Assembly (NCBI GenBank): GCA_038087875.1
Contig: CM075991.1
Span: forward strand, 248,001 to 312,000
DNA length: 64,000 nucleotides
From: Malacoraja senta
Taxonomy: Eukaryota
Reading direction: 5' to 3'
Shown here: piece by piece, positions 12,601-24,871 of the stretch
How positions within the stretch are numbered: position 1 is the stretch's first letter
Layout: every line of letters begins with the position of its first letter
The notes under the pieces: generated by a model
Database searches by the model: none
What the model saw: the letters and a program-made list of their open reading frames with translations, nothing else
Told to the model about the DNA's origin: nothing
Position numbers and translations under genes: made by a program

Positions 12601-14351
12601 ATGATGCAGCTCCAGCGGTTCGACTTCAGAATCGTTTACAAGAAAGGTAAAGACATGCTCGTTGCAGACACTCTCTCTCGCGCACCACGTGCATCCAGTG
12701 AACGACACCCCTACGAACGGGACGAGTTTACGGTTCTCAAGATCGACTTCATTCCCACAGAATGCTTGCGCCATCTGGCTGAACACACAGCCGCCGGTGG
12801 CACTCTCCAGCTACACTCGTCCATAATCAAAAGAGGCTGGCCAGACAGACAATCCAGCACACCACTGGAGGTACAACCTTTCTTCCTAGTCCGCGATGAG
12901 CTGGTAATACAGGACGGTGTCATAGTTAAGGGCCACAAAGTCGTGATCCCTTCATCCTTACAAGACGAATACTACGAAGAGGCACACAACGGTCATCCAG
13001 GTACCGATTCCACATTGGCCCACGCACAGAACATGTTCTACTGGCCTGGCATGGCCAAGTACATACGGGACAGGATCGCCTCCTGTCCCATCTGCAACAC
13101 CAACAGAAACAGCCTCTGCTACAACAACCACCACCGACACTGCGTTGGACGTCGGTGGCGGCAGACATTTTCGAATGGCACGGTAAATATCATCAAGTCC
13201 TGGTCGACTCCTCCTCTAACTGGTTTGAACTTGATTTACTGCCCACTATCACATCAGAAATGGTCATTCAAAAGCTAGAGACACTTTCCCACATTCGGCG
13301 CACCTGTCCGTCTGCAAACTGACAACTGAAGACAATTTACCAGCCATGCATTCAAAGACTTTGCCAACCGATGGAACTTCCACCATATCACAAGCAGCCC
13401 CGAATACCCTCAAAGTAATGGGCTCGCCGAACGGGCCGTTAGGAGTGCAAAACAACTAATGGAAAGCGCCCACCTGGCCAAGTCGGATGTGTATCTCGAC
13501 CTCTTAAACCTCAGAAACATCACTAGAGCCGGGGTCCTGGGCTCACCAGCCCAACGCCAGATGTCCAGAACAACGCGACCTCCGATACCAATTGCCCAGC
13601 AGAAGCTGGTGCCACAGGTGCTGAAGCCAGCCGCTGTCCAGAAGCTCATTCAGGAGAAACACAACATCCAGAAACGATCAAACCGCTGCTGCGCTTGCAA
13701 ACTACTTTGGGACATTCCCATCTAGGTTGCATTGTTGGCCCGTCTAAGGAACCCCACTCCTACCTTGTCGACGTCAATGGAGCCCTGTACCGACGGAGCC
13801 GCCAACACTTAATGTCTGTAAAGGAGCCACGTGCACCACCAGCAGATCCCTTTGCTACACCTTTATTGTTCCAGCCATTTGCTGCTGTGGCCACCACTAG
13901 ATCCAGCATGTCCCGTTCTCCGCCGCGACCCGCGGCTATGAGTAACAACACTACCTCTCCCGCATGCTCTCACCACAAGTGTCCCCTGCTGCTTTTTCAC
14001 TTCCGGGTTCACTTCCTCCCTCCCCGACTAACTTTTCTGGCGCGGAGGGAGAGGGGTTGGTCCGTACGGGTTCGGGCTGCATTAGTAGACCGCCTGACAG
14101 ATACCGCGAGTACGTTTAAATTCTAGACTCATATATGTGTTCAACTATATTCGCTGTTTACGGGGAAGGATGTAGATCGATTATTGCATGTGAACCAATC
14201 ATAGGAGAAATAGCATCACTAACCCCACCTTACTGTATGCTTTACTAGGCGGTGATGACGAACTAGCAACTAACAACCTGCTGTACCGCTGTATTGTGTA
14301 TAAATTAAAGATTACTTTTAAACTCCAGACTGTGTAATATGCTTATTTACA
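9697..14351 (+). mobile_element. Full-length degenerate Gypsy (Mag-like) LTR retrotransposon
   Basis: LTRs 9697-9973 and 14171-14351 (TG...CA); TSD GTTTC at 9692-9696 and 14352-14356; PBS-like tgctgtcggaa at 9974; PPT ggggaagga at 14162-14170; gag with zinc knuckles; RT IVDDILV; RNase H DAS; integrase HNGH..CPIC; several frameshifts and stops. Confidence 0.95.
10055..11128 (+). pseudogene. Gypsy gag (runs into a frameshifted protease region)
   Basis: ELIRDKLVSG; CNYCKKMNHFAVVC CCHC knuckle. Confidence 0.85.
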
Positions 14352-14979
14352 GTTTCTATGAATAAAGATGCAAAATACTCGTTCAATGCTTCGCATACAG
14401 CCCCGGACTCCTATTTTATTCTTCACCGTCCCGAACTTCTCTTTAATTACCCATTTGTCGTTCATGAACGTACATTATAAATTGTGAGAAAGAGTCAGCG
14501 GATTCCGGAAGCCCAGTAGCGGCCAGCATTGACAACGGCGATTCACAGCGTGAAATCTGGCGCTCCTCCATACCTATTCGATGTGATGCCGAGAGGTAGA
14601 AGCGTGGATGTAAGGTGATGCGGTGCCACACAGTATTGAGCTGCAATGGAATCATGATAGACAATACGGGTGGGAAAAGCGACCAGGCTAACAAACTGGA
14701 ATATTTTAGCTTGCATTTAATTTCTGTGTTCCCATAACAATAAATGATTTAAAAAAAACAGCAGGCATAGATGCTTTGGAGTATTACAGTTGTCCTCTCA
14801 TTCCGTTATTCACGGCTCGTCAACGGTCATAATGTCACCTCCGTAAACAAAGTTAACATCTCAGGATGGCTAAAAATGTAAACACTTATCGCTCTCTCTG
14901 TTATATTTAATGCGCCCAAGTTCACACAGTCGTCTCGAGTTTAAACATTAAACGCACTGCACTCTGGCTAAAGTAGGCT

Positions 14980-15275
14980 GTTCATATCTCAGCCCTGGGC
15001 ATCGACAAGCGCGTTGAAGTGTGTATCACGTAACGCACGACGTGCTTGAGTGAGTTCCATACGTTTACATTTTTAGGAAACGACATTCTGAAGGTAGACC
15101 CGGAGCTCAGACCGTGGAAATGATTGTTTGAAGAAATGAATTCGATGGCTTGTGAATTGCAGCGACTGCTGGTTAAAATGGTAATGTGGAAGGAATACAA
15201 TGAGCACATCGTGTTCCGAATCGGCAGATAAAAGCAACACGTGAAAACCCGGAACCGAAAAGAAATAGTGAATAT
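14980..15275. repeat. Unclassified interspersed repeat; second copy at 31811-31938 plus 34833-35010, split by a CR1
   Basis: Shared catatctcagccc.gggcat...cattctgaaggtag...gcttgtgaattgcagcgactgctggttaa.atggta...gaaatagtgaata. Confidence 0.8.
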
Positions 15276-15954
15276 TACATATGAAACTTAATCGGACAAA
15301 ACGTCGCTATCGGTCAGTACGACTGGAGCTTGGTTGGCGAACTGACCAAAATATCATTGATACAATTTTAGAAAAGTGCGATTGAGGCTACTGTACAAAA
15401 ATAGAATGCAAAGGAGATACTCTACACCGCACAAGCTGGAATCATGAGCGAATAGCAAACTGCACGAGAAACTCAGAGGGTCAGGCAACACCTGCGAAGG
15501 TACCACACACAAACTATGTATCGGATTGGGATGCTTGGTTAGGTGTAGCCGGCAAAGATGAAACTGAAGGCAGATATTGCGTTGTTCTAATGTGAATGGT
15601 TGCTGTGGACAAACAACAAAAGGGTGAGGTCCGACGCGATGTGACTATAATGGGTCCGTCACTTCTCAGGAGTTCTTTCTGACAGTTTCAACAGAAACTA
15701 CTGCCCGGTCTAAACCAATGTCGTCGATCGACACTGGCTGCCTTTTAGAAAAGAGGCCAACTCAGCGGGTGAGGCAGCATCTATAGAGCGAAGGAATGGG
15801 TGACGACACACAGGAGAGAGACAGCACAGAGGAGGTTTACCAGATCACTGTCTGGAAGGGGAGAGAGGGAGGGGGAAAGGAGGAGGGGGGGAGGGAGAGG
15901 GAGAGGGAGGAAGAGTGGGGATTGTGCTCCTCGATTCCCCTACTCTGGGGGTAA

Positions 15955-16385
15955 GAGGGTGTTTACCAGATCACTGCCCGGATTAGAGGGATTCAGCAAC
16001 AGGGGAGTTTGGACAGACTGGGATTGTTTTCTCTTGATCGTAGGAGGTTGAGGGGAGACCTGATACACGTTTATAAAATGACCAGAGGTGTAGATAGGGT
16101 CGACAGTCAGAACCTTTCCCCCCAGGGTGGAGATGTCCAGGACAAGTGTGCACAGCTTGAAGGTGAGAGGGGCAACGTTTACAGGGGCAGTATGTTGTTA
16201 CAGAGGTTGGTGGGTACGTCAAACGTGCTGTCGGGGGAGGGGGGGGAGGCAGATACGATAGTGGCGTCTGGGAGGGTGTCAGATAGGCTGATGGAAGTGC
16301 AGGCATTGGAGGGACATGGATCACGAGCAGGCACAGGAGAGAGGGATAGAGAGCTGGTCTTGGCATCGTGTTCGGCACGGACATT
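15955..16385 (+). mobile_element. Old CR1 3' fragment
   Basis: DRLGLFSLDRRRLRGDLIHVYK. Confidence 0.8.
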
Positions 16386-16388
16386 GTG

Positions 16389-16635
16389 GTCCTAGGGGGT
16401 GGATCAGCCTCAGGAGTGAGCAACAGGAGATAAAGGGGACGGGAGTCTAGGAGGTGTATCTCAGCCCCAGGAGTGTACGGGTGGAGGGGAGGCGGGGGGA
16501 TAGAGGGGAGAGGGGAGGGGATGGGAGTCTAGGAGGTGAATCTCAGCCCCAGGAGTGTGTGTGGGGAGAGGGAAGATAGAGGGGGAAGGGGAGGGGAGAT
16601 AGTCTAGGTGTATCTCAGTCCCAGGAGTGAGCGGG
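16389..16635. repeat. Four-copy minisatellite (gtctaggaggtgtatctcagccccaggagtg plus G-rich spacer) overlapping the GDPD stop codon
   Basis: Units start near 16389, 16446, 16527 and 16602. Confidence 0.75.
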
Positions 16636-16767
16636 GGGAGGGAAGGGGAGATGCGAGCTGTCGAGGAAGTGCCGTAGTTTGGTGGGAAAGTCCGTCATGA
16701 CTCCGGTGGCTCCAAGCTGGAAGGCGCGGCGGTAATCTGGCTCCTCGTTCAGGGTCCAGATGTAGAC
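16615..16767 (-). CDS. GDPD3: Last coding exon of a GDPD3/GDPD1-like lysophospholipase D
   Basis: Acceptor ttctgttctgtttccag then VYIWTLNEEPDYRRAFQLGATGVMTDFPTKLRHFLD...*; matches the GDPD1/3 C-terminus GATGV(M/I)TDYPT. Paralog assignment (GDPD3 vs GDPD1) is uncertain. Confidence 0.9.
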   Translation of the reverse strand, partial: VYIWTLNEEPDYRRAFQLGATGVMTDFPTKLRHFLDSSHLPFPPPAHSWD

Positions 16768-16852
16768 CTGGAAACAGAACAGAATGGGTTGAATGGTGGG
16801 GGCGGGGGGTGCAGCGGTAGAGTCCTCTCTCCAAACAACGCCTAACAATGCG

Positions 16853-17345
16853 AGGAAGGAACTCCAGATGCTGGTTTACACCAAAGATAAGACACAAAGT
16901 GCTGGAGTAACTCAGCGGGTCAGGCAGTATCTGTGGAGAACGTGGATAGGTGACGTTTTACAGAGTGCTGGAGTAACTCAGCGGGTCAGGCAGCATCTGT
17001 GGAGAGGAGATATGGGTGACGTATTGGGTCGAGACCCTTCTTCAGACTGGGGTGTAAGCGGCCCAAGTGAAATATGAGGCACTGTTCCTGCTATGAACAG
17101 TTGTCACCTTCCCCCACCTAACGATGATCCACTCTATATTTTCCTTCAGCCCATCCCCTTTAATCTCTCGTTTTCACACCTCACACTTCCTTATCTCTGT
17201 TTCCCGCTCCTCCGACAGTCTGATGAACGGTCTCGACCTGAAACGTCACCCATTCCTTCTCTCCACAGATGCTGCCTGACCCGCTGAGTTACTCCAGCAC
17301 TTTGTGTCTCTTCGGTGTAAACCAGCATCTGCAGTTCCTTCCTGC
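16853..17345. repeat. Inverted pair of Penelope-derived repeats (16853-17047 and 17218-17345)
   Basis: aggaact.cagatgctggtttacacc..cacaaagtgctggagtaactcagcgggtcaggcagcatctgtggaga and its reverse complement; carries a CTGAnGA..GAAAC motif. Confidence 0.75.
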
Positions 17346-17892
17346 ACCTCTCTCTCATGGATGAATCAGTTGATAGACCAAGTATGTTCACATACAAGGA
17401 ATTTACCTTGGTGCTCCGCCCGTAAGTAACAACACGAGATACAGTACACAATTAAGAATAAAACATAAAACATTAAACATTCTAGTTTAAACATGCGAAT
17501 GAAATATACCAGTGCAAAAGGAGGCGACAGACGTTTGGTTATTGAGTAGAGCTCTCATGCAACACCTCTCCCCCATCTCTCTCTCTCTCCCATCTCTCTC
17601 ACCCCCCCCCCCCCACCCTCTCTCTCTCACCCCCTCTTTCACTGGCTTATTCTCCCATCTACCTCATTGGAGACCCTCGCTTTATCTTTAATCGGGCTTT
17701 ACCTTGCACTAAACGTTATTCCCTTTATCCTGTATCTGTACACTGTGGACGGCTCGATTCTCTATGCTGTAGTCTCTACGCTGACTGGATATCATGCAAC
17801 AAGAAAGCTTTTCACTGCACCTCGGTATACGGGACAATAAACTATACTGAAGATGTGTGTTTAAGAAAGAACTGCGCATGTTGGAAAAATCG

Positions 17893-18085
17893 ATGGTAGA
17901 CAAAAATGCTGGAGAAACTCAGCGGGTGAGGCAACATCTGTGGAGCGAAGCAATAGGTGACGTTTCGGGTCTGAAGAAGGGTCTTTCAGTCTGAAGAAGG
18001 GTCTCGACCAGAAGGGTCACCTATTCTTTCACTCCATAGATGCTGCCTCACCCGTTGAGTTTCTCCAGCATTTTTGTCTACCTTC
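17893..18085. repeat. Palindromic Penelope-derived repeat
   Basis: ggtagacaaaaatgctggagaaactc...gagtttctccagcatttttgtctacc inverted arms around ctgaagaagggtctcgacc. Confidence 0.75.
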
Positions 18086-18231
18086 AGAAGATGTGTGTGG
18101 TACCCTGGGACAGCTTGATGCCCACACTGGGGATACAGAAGGAGGGAGAGGGAGGGAGAGAGGGAGGGATGAACGCTCGATGCCTACAATGGGGATAAAG
18201 CAAGTCTGATCAGTAGCTTTGTTCTGCTTAC

Positions 18232-18283
18232 CTGAATTCCACGATCGTCCAAATGTTTGATCAAAGACTTTTGCATCAGTAAC
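18232..18283 (-). CDS. GDPD3: Penultimate coding exon (52 bp) of the GDPD3/GDPD1-like gene
   Basis: cttcctccacag|G TTA CTG ATG CAA AAG...GGA ATT CAG|gtaagc = LLMQKSLIKHLDDRGIQ; splices in phase 0 onto the VYIW exon; closer to GDPD3 KSLIRHLEERGVQ than GDPD1 KALFDHLTARGIQ. Confidence 0.9.
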
Positions 18284-18488
18284 CTGTGGAGGAAGAAAGA
18301 GGGAGAGAGAGGGGGGGAGAGAGAAGGGGGGGGAGAGAAGGGGACGGGAGAGAGAGAGGAGGGGAGAGAGGAGGGGACGGGAGAGAGGGAGGGAGAGAGG
18401 GGGAGATGTAGTTTGTGAACTGTCTCACATTTTGAACACTCACATTCCCCCGAACTCTCTAAAATCCCCGCCCCTCATCCGCTTGATT

Positions 18489-19880
18489 GATCTTCTGGAA
18501 TTTTATGAAGATGTAACTATGAAAATGGACAAGGGAGAGCCAGTGGATGTAGTGTACCTGGACTTTCAGAAAGCATTTGATAAGGTCCCACATGGGAGAT
18601 TAGTGGGCAAAATTAGGGCACATGGTATTGGGGGTAGAGTGCCGACATGGATAGAAAATTGGTTGGCAGACAGGAAACAAAGAGTAGGGATTAACGGGTC
18701 CCTTTCAGAATGGCAGGCAGTGACTAGTGGGGTACCGCAAGGCTCGGTGCTGGGACCTCAGCTATTTACAATATACATCAATGATTTGGATGAAGGAATT
18801 CAAAGTAACATTAGCAAATTTGCAGATGACACAAAGCTGGGTGGCAGTGTGAACTGTGAGGAGGATGCCATGAGAATGCAGGGTGACTTGGACAGGTTGG
18901 GGGAGTGGGCAGATGCATGGCAGATGAAGTTTAATGCGGATAAATGTGAGGTTATCCACTTTGGTAGCAAAAACAGGAAGGCAGATTACTATCTAAATGG
19001 TGTCAAGTTGGGGAAAGGGGAAGTACAACCGATCTGGGGGTCCTTGTTCATCAGTCTATGAAACTAAGCATGCAGATACAGCAGACAGTGACGAAAGCGA
19101 ATGGCATGTTGGCCTTTATAACAAGAGGAGTCGAATATAGGAGCAAAGAGGTCCTTCTGCAGTTATACAGAGCCCTAGTGAGCCCACACCTGGAGTATTG
19201 TGTGCAGTTTTGGTCCCCTAATTTGAGGAAGGACATTCTTGCTATTGAGAGAGTGCAGTGTAGGTTTACAAGGTTGATTCCCGGGATGGCGGGACTGTCA
19301 TATGCTGAGAGAATGGAGCGGCTGGGCTTGTACACTCTGGAGTTTAGGATGAGAGAGGATCTCATTGAAACATATAAGATTGTTAAGAGTTTGGACACAC
19401 TAGAACCAGGGGCCACATTTTAAGAATAAGGGGTAAGCCATTTAGAACGGAGACGAGGAAACACTTTTTCTCACAGAGAGTTGTGAGAGCTAGATAGGGC
19501 TCTTAAAAATAGTGGAGTCAGGGGATATGGGGAGAAGGCAGGAACGGGGTAATGTTTGGGGATGAGCAGCTATGATCGCATTAAATTTGATTTGAGTATA
19601 GGAGCAGGGAGGTTCTACTGCAGTTGTACAGGGTCTTGGTGAGACCACACCTGGAGTATTGCGTACAGTTTTGGTCTCCAAATCTGAGGAAGGACATTAT
19701 TGCCATAGAGGGAGTGCAGAGAAGGTTCACCAGACTGATTCCTGGGATGTCAGGACTTTCATATGAAGAAAGACTGGATAGACTTGGCTTGTACTCGCTA
19801 GAATTTAGGAGATTGAAGGGGGGATCTTATAGAAACTTACAAAATTCTTAAGGGGTTGGACAGGTTAGATGCAGGAAGAT
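18489..19880 (+). mobile_element. Two adjacent CR1 RT fragments (18489-19580 and 19587-19880), the second cut by the assembly gap
   Basis: [31 protein letters not shown] in ORFs 18432-19061, 19058-19423 and 19624-19851. Confidence 0.92.
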
Positions 19881-20080
19881 NNNNNNNNNNNNNNNNNNNN
19901 NNNNNNNNNNNNNNNNNNNNNNNNNNNNNNNNNNNNNNNNNNNNNNNNNNNNNNNNNNNNNNNNNNNNNNNNNNNNNNNNNNNNNNNNNNNNNNNNNNNN
20001 NNNNNNNNNNNNNNNNNNNNNNNNNNNNNNNNNNNNNNNNNNNNNNNNNNNNNNNNNNNNNNNNNNNNNNNNNNNNNNNN
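19881..20080. other. Assembly gap (200 N)
   Basis: Run of N. Confidence 1.
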
Positions 20081-21849
20081 AACCAGTCTGAGGATGGGCT
20101 TCGGCCCAAAGCGTTGCCTATTTCCTTCGCTCCATAGATGCTGCTACACCCGCTGTGTTTCTCAAGCTTTTTTTGTGTACCAGTCTCTCTGTCTCTCTCC
20201 CCTCTCTCTCTCTCTCTCTGCCCTTCTCTCTTCACAGCCCGCTGCTCAACTCATGAACACACGCTCAAACCCCCCCCCTTCACCTATCTCCTACATCCTC
20301 TCCTTCTCTCTCCACACCCTCCTCTCTCTCCCCCTTCCTCCCCCCAGCTGTCATCCGTCTGTACGTCCAACGTCCTGCTTGACGTGCCACGCAGCCCCTT
20401 TGATACCGCCCTACACCCACGCAGCACGCGGAAACGCCGATATGTTTTACCATTTCTAAAGAGATTACATTTATCTTTACGAATAGACACTCCTGATTAA
20501 ATTTGGTCGTGTTTATGTACACTTTTTTAAATACAATACTTCTCCCCCCCCAACCAAAAATTTCAAAATGTTAAAAAAAACAGCTCAGCCACAGAATGTT
20601 AGTAAAGAATTCGTTGTGTGATGTCACAATGCACAATGCTCACAGATGTCCAATCGGAATGGACCCATTTACATATGCCTTTGCAGCAGCCACAGCCCCA
20701 GCCCCTCCCCCTCAACCCCCGCAGCCTGTGTCGAAGGCGCCGTCACGTGTGTGGGAATAGAGAAAGAGGATTGGGGGTGATAGGGAATGGGAACAGATGG
20801 ACTGTCCCTACCCCTCCTACCTCAACTCTCCCTCCCCACTCTTCACCCTCTCTCCTCTCCCCCTCCCTCCCCTCCCACACCCTCTCTTCCCCCTCCACCA
20901 CCCCTCTTCACCCCCCATCTCCCCCCCACCCCCTTCCCCTCTCTGTTGCACCTCTCCCCACTACCCCTCTGCCCCTCACTCCCCACTGTGCCCATCTCCT
21001 TCCACCACCTCTCTCCCTCCCCCTCCCTCTCTCCCTCTCTTCCCCTACTCCACTCCCCTTCCCCTCATCCCCTCCCCCCCCTTCCTGCCCTCCCCGCTCT
21101 CCTCCCACCCCAAACTCTCCTCCCCCTCCCTCTCACCCACCCTGATCTCTTCTCCCTCCCAATCTCTCCCCTTTCCTCCACCCCGCTCCCTCCGTCCCCC
21201 TCTTCCCTCCCCTCCCTCCCCTCTTCTCTCCCCACCCCGTCTCCTTCTCTCCCTCTCCCCAACCCCGTCTCCCTCTCCCCCACTCCCCCCGCCTGTGTGT
21301 TTGGGGGTGGTTAGTGTGAGGGTGATGCCGCAGCCGCAACCAAACGCAAGGTAAACAAAAAATGAAGTATATACTCAGCGGGTGCAGCAGCATCTTTGGA
21401 TCGAAGGAAATAGGCAATGTTTCATCACAAAACACGTCTGAAGATGGGTTTCGGCCACAAACATTGCCTATTTCCTTCGCTCCATAGATGCTGCTGCACC
21501 CGCTGAATTTCACCACCTTTTTTGGGTGTACCAGTCTCTCTGTCTCTCCCCTCTCTCTCTCTCTCTCTGCCCTTCTCTCTTCACAGCCCGCAGCTTAACT
21601 CATGAACACCAGCTCAAAACACCCCCCTTCACCTATTTCCAACATCCTCTCCTTCCTCTCTCCACACCCTCCTCTCTCTCCCCCTTCCTCGCACCCCTTC
21701 CTCTCTCCCCCTTCCTCTCCCCCCTTCCTCTCCACCCTCCTCCTCCCCCTCTTCAAATTTTTTTAATTCTACCATTACATTTTCTCTCTCTCTGCCCCCC
21801 CCCTCTAGACGCACCTGAGAGGTGAGGGGCTATTCGTAAGTGGATAGGG

Positions 21850-22053
21850 TGGAGATGAGATAAAAGAAGCAAATTAAAAATTAGGATAATATCAAGGGTT
21901 GTTATGCGTGTGTGTGTTTGTGGGTGCCAGATTCCCACCCCGCAACCGTGCTTTGGAGCAAAGGGGGTGGTTAGTGTGGCGCCACAGCACCCCCCACCCC
22001 ACCCGCAAACGCACGTTCGGTGTCCAGACCCAACGGGTCTGCACTTGGTCTAG
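21850..22053 (+). mobile_element. Helitron 3' end abutting the L1; 5' boundary not defined
   Basis: Hairpin CAGACCC-AAC-GGGTCTG at 22025-22041, terminal CTAG at 22050-22053 followed by T. Confidence 0.7.
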
Positions 22054-24200
22054 TAATAATAAAAGTATATCATCCGCATATAATGAAATTTTGTTATTAG
22101 AGTCATTAGTATTATATCCCTGAATATTCGGAGGCGTTCTTATCCTTTCAGCCAAAAGCTCTATCATAAGGGCAAATAGCAGGGGTGATAAAACACATCC
22201 CTGCCTATTGCCCCGTGATAATTAGAATTTTGAAGATAACGTATTATTAGTTAATATTCTTGCCATCGGTTTATCATATAGTAATTTTACCCATCTAATA
22301 AAATTATCTCCATAATAAATTTTTGGAGTACTATGTATAAATACTGCCACTCTACCTGATCAAATGCTTTCTCTGCATCCAAAGATATAACTGATAAGTC
22401 TTCCTTTTCCATTTTATGTGAATACATTATATTAAAAAGTCGTCTCAGATTATTAGATGGTTGTATTTTAGGTATAAACCCCGTTTGGTCCGGGTTTATC
22501 AATTTATTAATATATTTACTCAATCTTCTTGCTAAAGTCTTTGCTAAAATTTTCTGATCTGTATTTAAAAGTGATATGGCTCTGTACGAGCCCGGATCTT
22601 CTAATCTTTATCCTTTTTTGGTACAAGCGTGATTGTAGATTCTGCTAGTGTTTCTGGTCATTTCTTTTCGGTAAAAGCATACGTGTATAATTTAAGTAAT
22701 CGTGGGACCATTAACTCCTGAAATCTTTTATAAAATTCATTATTAAAACCGTCTGGCCCTGGTGTCTTCCCATTTTTCAGTTCTTTTATTGTTTCTCTTA
22801 TTTCTTCACTTGTGATCTGAGCTCCTAATTCCTCTTGTTCTAAGATATCCAATTTTGGCAAATTACAATTATCTAAAACATTTATAATTTTATTGTCTTC
22901 TATTTTAGTTTGGATGTATATAAATTTTGATAGAATTGAGCGAACCTTTTATTAATGTCCTTAGGTAGAGTTAATAGTTCCCCATTCTCTGATTTGATTT
23001 TAATAATAATTTTTTCCTTTTCTTGCTTCTTCAATTGTCGCGCTAGAAGTTTATGTGGTTTATCACCAAATTCAAACTGTACCTGTTTTGTAATCTGAAA
23101 TAATCTTATTACTCTTGCCGACAATATTCGATTAAGTTTAAATTTCATAATGTAATCTTATTATGTTTATCTATAGTTGGGTCTTTTGCGTTATCTAATT
23201 CTAATAGTTTAATTTCCTTTTCTAACGTCCATTGTTCTGTCATATTCTTTTTATTTTAAAAACTTTGAAATGAAATTATAACTCCACGGATGAATGCCTT
23301 AAAAGTTTCCCATAATAAAGATGATAAAATACCTGGTGTCTCGTTTGTCTCAAAAAAAAAATGTCATTTGTTGTTTTAAATACTCATAACCTGGTGGGTT
23401 ATTAGCTATTTGTGTGTTAAATCTCCAAAAATGATTTTATACCTGGCATTCCCTCAAGTTTTAAAGTAAAAGTCAACGGGGAGTGATCAGAAATAATACT
23501 ATTATGATATTTAGGATTAATCGTGTATGGTATTAATTTTGTATCCACTAAAAAATAATCAATTCTTGAGTAGATTTTGTGCACCGATGAGTAGAACGAG
23601 TATTCCCTTCCAGTTGGATTAACTATTCTCCATACATCTGTTATATTAGTGTGTTTTATATATGTGTTTAACAATTCGCTAGTCTTGGATTTGACGCTAC
23701 CCTTCCTTAATTTTATTGATTTGTCCTAAATATGAATCTATAACACAGTTAAAGTCCCCCCCTAATATTACATTTTGGTAAATATACTCATCTATTATAC
23801 CCATAATTTTCTTTAAAAATTGGGGGTTATCAAAATTTGGAGCATAGATATTTATCAGTCAGTGTGTAGAGTAAATTTCTCCCGCCACTATAGTGTACCT
23901 TCCTTCTTTATCAGATATAGTATTCTTTAATATAAATGGTATACCTTTACGAATAATAATAGCCGTTCCTCTAGCTTTAGCAGTAAATGACGAGTGATAA
24001 GTTTGGCCTATCCCGTTTGCCCTCAGTCTCATCTGTGTTTGTAGTTTCGTATGAGTTTCTTGCAGAAAAGCTATGTCCACATTTAAAGATTTTAACTGGG
24101 CCATAATCTTGCCCCTTTTAATTGGATAATTCGCACCCCTAATATTCCAACTACAGAATGTGACTCCTCCATTCTTTTTTTTCCTATTGTCTTGCATTGT
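22054..24200 (-). mobile_element. L1-clade LINE ORF2, degenerate and truncated at YADD
   Basis: SWNIRG..AFLQETH and SDHSP endonuclease; KTPGPDGFNNEFYK; QTGF; SLDAEKAFD; SLYADDILL. Confidence 0.92.
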
Positions 24201-24871
24201 TAATTGGTTTTGGTGATTTTGCTTCATGTGGTGCAGTTAAGTACCTCAGGCTTTTGGGTGTGGGGGATCGTCCCGTACTTCTGATGTTATTTTACATCTC
24301 CTCCGTCTATTGAACCTCCATTAGAAAAAGAGAAAAGTGTATTGAGAAATAGTAAAGAAAAAAAGAAAAATTATTGAATTAACCACATAAAAGTGAATAC
24401 AAAAAAAAGGTGATACCTTCAATTTGAGATGCCATCTATGATGGCCAAAAATTGATTGACCTCCGTAGTTGGAATTATACATTGAGCTCAGCCCCCTAGA
24501 TAAAATGTCATATACGACTACATGCCGTTTCCTCTTAATATATCAAAAAATCATTAGAAAAAATGTATCCAGTCAGGCTGAATAAAACAAAAAAAGTTTC
24601 ATCAATAGAGAGTTATCATCATCTGTACTATTTCAAATATTCTCTTATGTACCCAGGCTTTAAACCTTCTATAGTGCTTACTCAGTATCATAGGCATGGA
24701 ATCATAAAGCATAGAAACAGGCCTTGTCCCTGTACCCAAGGTTGGTCATCTTTTCCTTAATTACCAGCTTGTTTCAAGGGTTACATTTATTTATCTTAAA
24801 TACAACCGTCTTCCAGCCCAAACCTCTGGAACTTTTCCAAATCATTAACGCCTCTCTCTTTCCCACAGGCT

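Noticed and set aside
14443..14694. Candidate small exon of a neighbouring gene
   Set aside because: Splice-like sites present, but no frame resembles a known protein
20618..21825. Pro/Ser/Leu- or Glu/Arg-rich ORFs here and at 1897-2288, 38170-38905, 41847-42565 and 61936-62704
   Set aside because: Artefacts of CT/GA low-complexity tracts open in several frames
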